A DNA stretch of 64,000 nucleotides from Dimorphilus gyrociliatus. Its lineage: Eukaryota > Animalia > Annelida. The stretch covers positions 1,178,001 to 1,242,000 of the forward strand of contig CAJFCJ010000001.1 of the NCBI GenBank assembly GCA_904063045.1, given 5' to 3'. Positions 59,974 to 64,000 of this stretch are shown one piece after another. The first letter of the stretch is position 1; every line of letters begins with the position of its first letter. Position numbers and translations under genes: made by a program. The notes below the pieces were generated by a model, which did not search any database, was not told the DNA's origin, and saw only the letters and a list, made by a program, of their open reading frames with translations.

Positions 59974-62798
59974 TTACCTGCTTAGAAAATCTTTATCATT
60001 TTCACTTAGCGGCGTCGTCTTATTTCTGGAGTACTTCAGGGAGAGTACGTCGCTAACTTCATCGAAAATTCTGAGGGCTTCATCGAGCATTTCTCTAGTG
60101 TGAGCGGCTGATAGACAAATTCTGGCTCTGGATTCAATAATTGGAGTGGCTGGAAAACCAACAACAACAACAGCAAGCCCTCTTGATAAACATTCTCTCG
60201 AAAATGCGGCAATTTTTGATGGGCAATAGAGTAATATAGGTACGACAGGAGAATCTGAATTTCCATAGACAATTAATCCGAGTTCAGCTAGTCGCCTTCT
60301 CAGATATCTGGTATTATAAGCAATTTGAGCCAATCTTCTTGCACCTTCTTTGGTTCCATCCAAACCCATTATAATGCGCATAGAAGTTAGTACTTGTTGA
60401 GCGATGGGAGGTGGCATAGACGTAGCATATGTAGCGGCATGCGAATTACGCTTCAGATGATTAATGATTTGCTTATTACCTAAAAATAAAAAAAAAGTTG
60501 TTAGAGTACCGGAAAGAATAAGAGAATTTTCTAGCTATTTCATACATGGAAATAATTGATAAATGTGAAAAAATCAATCAAAAACAAATGTTCTAAACAT
60601 AGCTGAATAATAGTAATAATGACAATGAATAGTCATTTCTTAAAAAATGTTTTGTTTTCAATCGATATGAATTCCTATTAAACATAAACTTCCGTTTTAT
60701 TAACGTTTACAAATGATAGTAATGCTAGTACTTTTTAAAAAGAATTAATGAATATTCACTATGAACAATGAATTAGTACTGTTTCAATAATAAACAGTAA
60801 TTATGGAAAAAAAATCAATATAAGGCATATTGTGTTGTACAAATATTGAAAATGTTCTATTTTTTATAACCTTATTGAATACCTTAAGTCAAGCTTCTTA
60901 TCAAGCTGTTTTTTTTTATATATATATCTAACGTTATTCGTGTTTCCATTGTTCCATTTTAACATCAATTCATATTGCTTTTGATGACAATAATATCGTT
61001 ATATTAGTATCTATCTAATCAGAATAATTTTTTGTCCGTATTTCATTATTAAATAATTATTAATGTACATTAGTTAGTCACCAATTTGAATAGGTAAATA
61101 AATTTTAACTGACTATTATTTAATTGATTTTAGGTGTTTGTTATATAATTTTAGCGAAAAAATGGCTATAAGACTTTTAAATATTCACTTCAAAATGTTA
61201 AATATAAACAGCTGGCGTAAAATAAAAATATGATATATAGAAATTATGCAGCCGTATGAAAATATAGAAGAATAGTCAATGAATTGCATTTTATTGCCTT
61301 TCAATGAAAAGGGGTAGTTTTATCCTAGATATGAGTTATTACGCTTTAAGATTTTCTAATATTATAAAAGTTATACTCATAAATACCTGCGATATATCCT
61401 CCCATTGCTCCAAAACTTTTTGTGAATGTACCCATCATAACGTCCACATCTTTTGCGTTACAATTCCAATAGTCTACAACCCCTTTTCCATTCGGTCCCA
61501 AAGCGCCAATACTGTGAGCTTCATCCAAATATAGATATGCTTTATATTTCTTTTTTAGTCTGATGAGTTCTGGTAAATTAACAATAGATCCTTCCATTGA
61601 ATATATGCCTTCGAATAATATCAGTATTTTTTTCCAAGGCCGATGAGTCTTAGGCTGACCGTAGACGACAGCATCTTTTAATTTTCTTTCTAGATCTTTA
61701 GTGTTGTTGTGTTTAAAAGTCATAATTGTGGCTCCAGAAATCTTCGCCCCGACGACTAAAGAGGAGTGATTTAGTTGATCACTCAAAATTAAAGATCCTT
61801 TTCCTACTAAAGCGGGTATGTTTAAGGCATTTGTAGCAAACCCCATGGCAAATACCATAGCTGATTCTTGTCCAACAAACTCGGCAACTAATTGTTCTAA
61901 TTCTCTGTGAATTTCTGAATTTCCTAGCTCCCTTCTCGATGCTGCAATACTACACCCATACTTTTCAATTGCATTTTTTGATTCTTGTGCACAGGGTCCA
62001 GAGTTTTCAGCAAAACCAAGGTAATTGTAGGACCCCATATTCATGCACTTGGTTTTCTTTCCAGTGAGTGTGAAGGTCCATCCCTGGTCAGATGTTTCTC
62101 TATCGATAAGATCGACATAGGCGGCGGGTACTGATGCGATGGGTCTGTTCCAACAATCTCTTATTCTTCTGTATAGGTTTCTTGTGTAGAATGCTTCAAA
62201 GCTATTGTACAGTGGTACCCATCCTGGGATTATAGGCTCGGCGAAGGGAATTTTCTCAAGTCCAAGTCTTCTCAACAGGTCTCTCATATGACCAAATATT
62301 ATGAGTACGCCATATCCCAAATATGTTAGGACTGCAACTGGCAACGGGGTTTCTTCAAAGCTTTCATGGAACGTTTCAAGTATAGCTTTATTTTGATTAG
62401 TGCCATTTTCTGCCTGATGAGTAATAAAAAGTAACACTTCAGGTCATCTGATTACAATCAACTATTTTCATAAAGAAAAGAAGATATTTAAAAGTCCGAT
62501 TTAACAATATAATTAATCAAAAACAGATTTTTAAATTGAAAAACTTAAAATTTGGCGACACTTCTAAAGCGTAAATATTTTCAGCTATGTTTTGGTAACT
62601 AATAAACAATGGTATTTCAACATTAATAACGTAATACTGTTATAAATACAATTTCTGTCTCGTCGGTTTTAATCTTACCTGTCTTGCATGAGTTCCATTT
62701 ACAGTCTTTTGAGTCTTTTCAGCATGTACGTGACCATTCGTTTTAGATTTTGTGGAAAATTGAGTTGTAGAATTATCCCCACCCTTGGTCGCCGCCAT
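59974..62798 (-). CDS. SPTLC2: Serine palmitoyltransferase 2 (LCB2), 3 exons
   Basis: [49 protein letters not shown], the PLP-lysine motif GTFTKSFG, and [20 protein letters not shown]. Confidence 0.95.
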
Positions 62799-63033
62799 TT
62801 TGTCAAAAATGACTCACTAAAGTTATTATCGTAAACTGTAGAAAAAATTACTAAAACTTGAAAAAAATGTTATTTAATTTTCTCTATATTTTTAAACAAA
62901 AACTAGATTTTTTTTAGGTCATGTCCACCATATTAGACGAGTCTTTAAACATTTGCTAATCGAGATCCGATTGTCGCCAATTACTCTCAAAAAAGCCAAC
63001 ATTTTACGTAATTTTGAAGTCACATGCAATAAA

Positions 63034-63423
63034 ATGCCTCTCGCTCCTCTGGCTGATCCTTGGACGGAACATGCCTTGAAGTCGTCTAATGGGGTATATA
63101 CATTTGTTTATTTTTAAATGAAAATTTTCGTTTTTTCCTTTAAATTCGTAATCTAAATTTTCCTTTTAACAGCTAACAAGGGACGAAGAGAAAAAATCTA
63201 GCGCAGATGATGCAATGTCAGTAGATGAGGTATGAATAGTTTCCTTGTTTTACGCACAGGACATTTTCTGATTTATTAACGTTGTATTGATTATAAAGTA
63301 GATATACCATTGGAGGTTTACAATTTACAGAATTTCACATACAAAACCTCAAGTTTATAGACATATAAATCAATGACCACTCAAAAATTGCTAGCTAATA
63401 TGCTACAAGGTGTAATTAAGTAG
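63034..63423 (+). CDS. Putative small spliced protein (MPLAPLADPW...), possibly partial
   Basis: Three short exons (63034-63093, 63171-63228, 63361-) join in phase 0 across GT-AG introns. No family recognised and the true ends are uncertain. Confidence 0.4.
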
Positions 63424-63796
63424 ATAAGAGTGATAATATTAGAAGCTGCACACACCCTTTAACTGGTTTCGCACTTAAATTCTATAAACGCTCTTGTTAA
63501 TTAAATTATTTTTTTAAAAAACAACTCATTTCGTGTAGAAACGTGTTTCATTTCGTTTATTTTACAAAGAGCAGAAGCTTTGTTTAAAGATGCCTAGATT
63601 ATACAATAGCGATCGATAGTCCATTTTTGGTGTTATATGTCCACCAGGGAATGTTTCTTGATTGTGAATACAGCAATACGTATTTCCCGTCAATAAAATT
63701 TGTTTTATGAATTAGGAATGGCAAGGCTGATTATCAAACTGTCATTAGGAGCATTACTGCAGTTATAATAAACCAATATGACGTAGATATATTTTA

Positions 63797-63797
<1 letters not shown>

Positions 63798-63829
<32 letters not shown>

Positions 63830-63848
63830 CTGTATATATATATAGATA
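63798..63848. repeat. (TA)n microsatellite
   Basis: Long, nearly perfect TA run. Confidence 0.85.
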
Positions 63849-64000
63849 TATTTATCTCTCTATATATAAAACATGTAGTAATAGTAATTGTCATTAATTA
63901 TAAATCTTTGGAAGTACAAAAGAAAAGCTAGCTTTTTTAATATCACCTAGAAAATATATTACTGATTACATCATGCGTAAATCACGCATACGGCACGTTT

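Noticed and set aside
60480-61386. Longest intron in the window (907 nt, SPTLC2) with several ACAATG (Sox-like) words
   Set aside because: No credible internal exon or RNA structure, and such words are expected by chance in ~80% AT sequence.
63300-63423. TAG at 63358-63360 flanked by open frame, suggesting stop readthrough
   Set aside because: Better explained as the 3' splice site (tttatag) of a phase-0 intron.
1-64000. CRISPR arrays, transposons, tRNA/rRNA and snoRNAs
   Set aside because: I recognised no spaced direct repeats, terminal inverted repeats, transposase or RT ORFs, cloverleafs, or C/D or H/ACA boxes. A tRNAscan/Infernal run would be needed to exclude small RNAs.

Overview
AT-rich, very gene-dense animal (eukaryotic) genomic DNA with GT-AG introns mostly about 50-75 nt long. 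About 28 protein-coding genes lie in 64 kb, largely as head-to-head and tail-to-tail pairs. The style fits a miniaturised lophotrochozoan genome such as the annelid Dimorphilus gyrociliatus, but that assignment is inference. Recognisable genes: LMAN2, ST13, LIPT1, UBA2, FBXW8, WDR7, a ZFYVE9/16 (SARA/endofin) homologue, UBE2J2, CCDC39, PDSS1-like, RPL15, PM20D2-like, DNAJC25, CCSAP, NRBF2, FBPase, KATNIP, a MARCH-type RING-CH ligase, SNRNP40 and SPTLC2, plus several uncharacterised genes. I found no rRNA, tRNA, CRISPR array or mobile element. Three things stand out. (1) Several unusually long introns hide frame-preserving micro/cassette exons with good splice sites and UGC or UGCAUG motifs: 9 nt in FBPase next to the AMP-site Lys-Tyr, 27 and 33 nt in WDR7, and 18 nt in KATNIP. 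(2) One gene fuses a split GCN5-like acetyltransferase, a coiled coil and a degenerate PARP-like domain. (3) An intact PM20D2-like gene has lost four of its five metal ligands. All gene models were spliced by eye and family assignments come from remembered motifs, not database searches.
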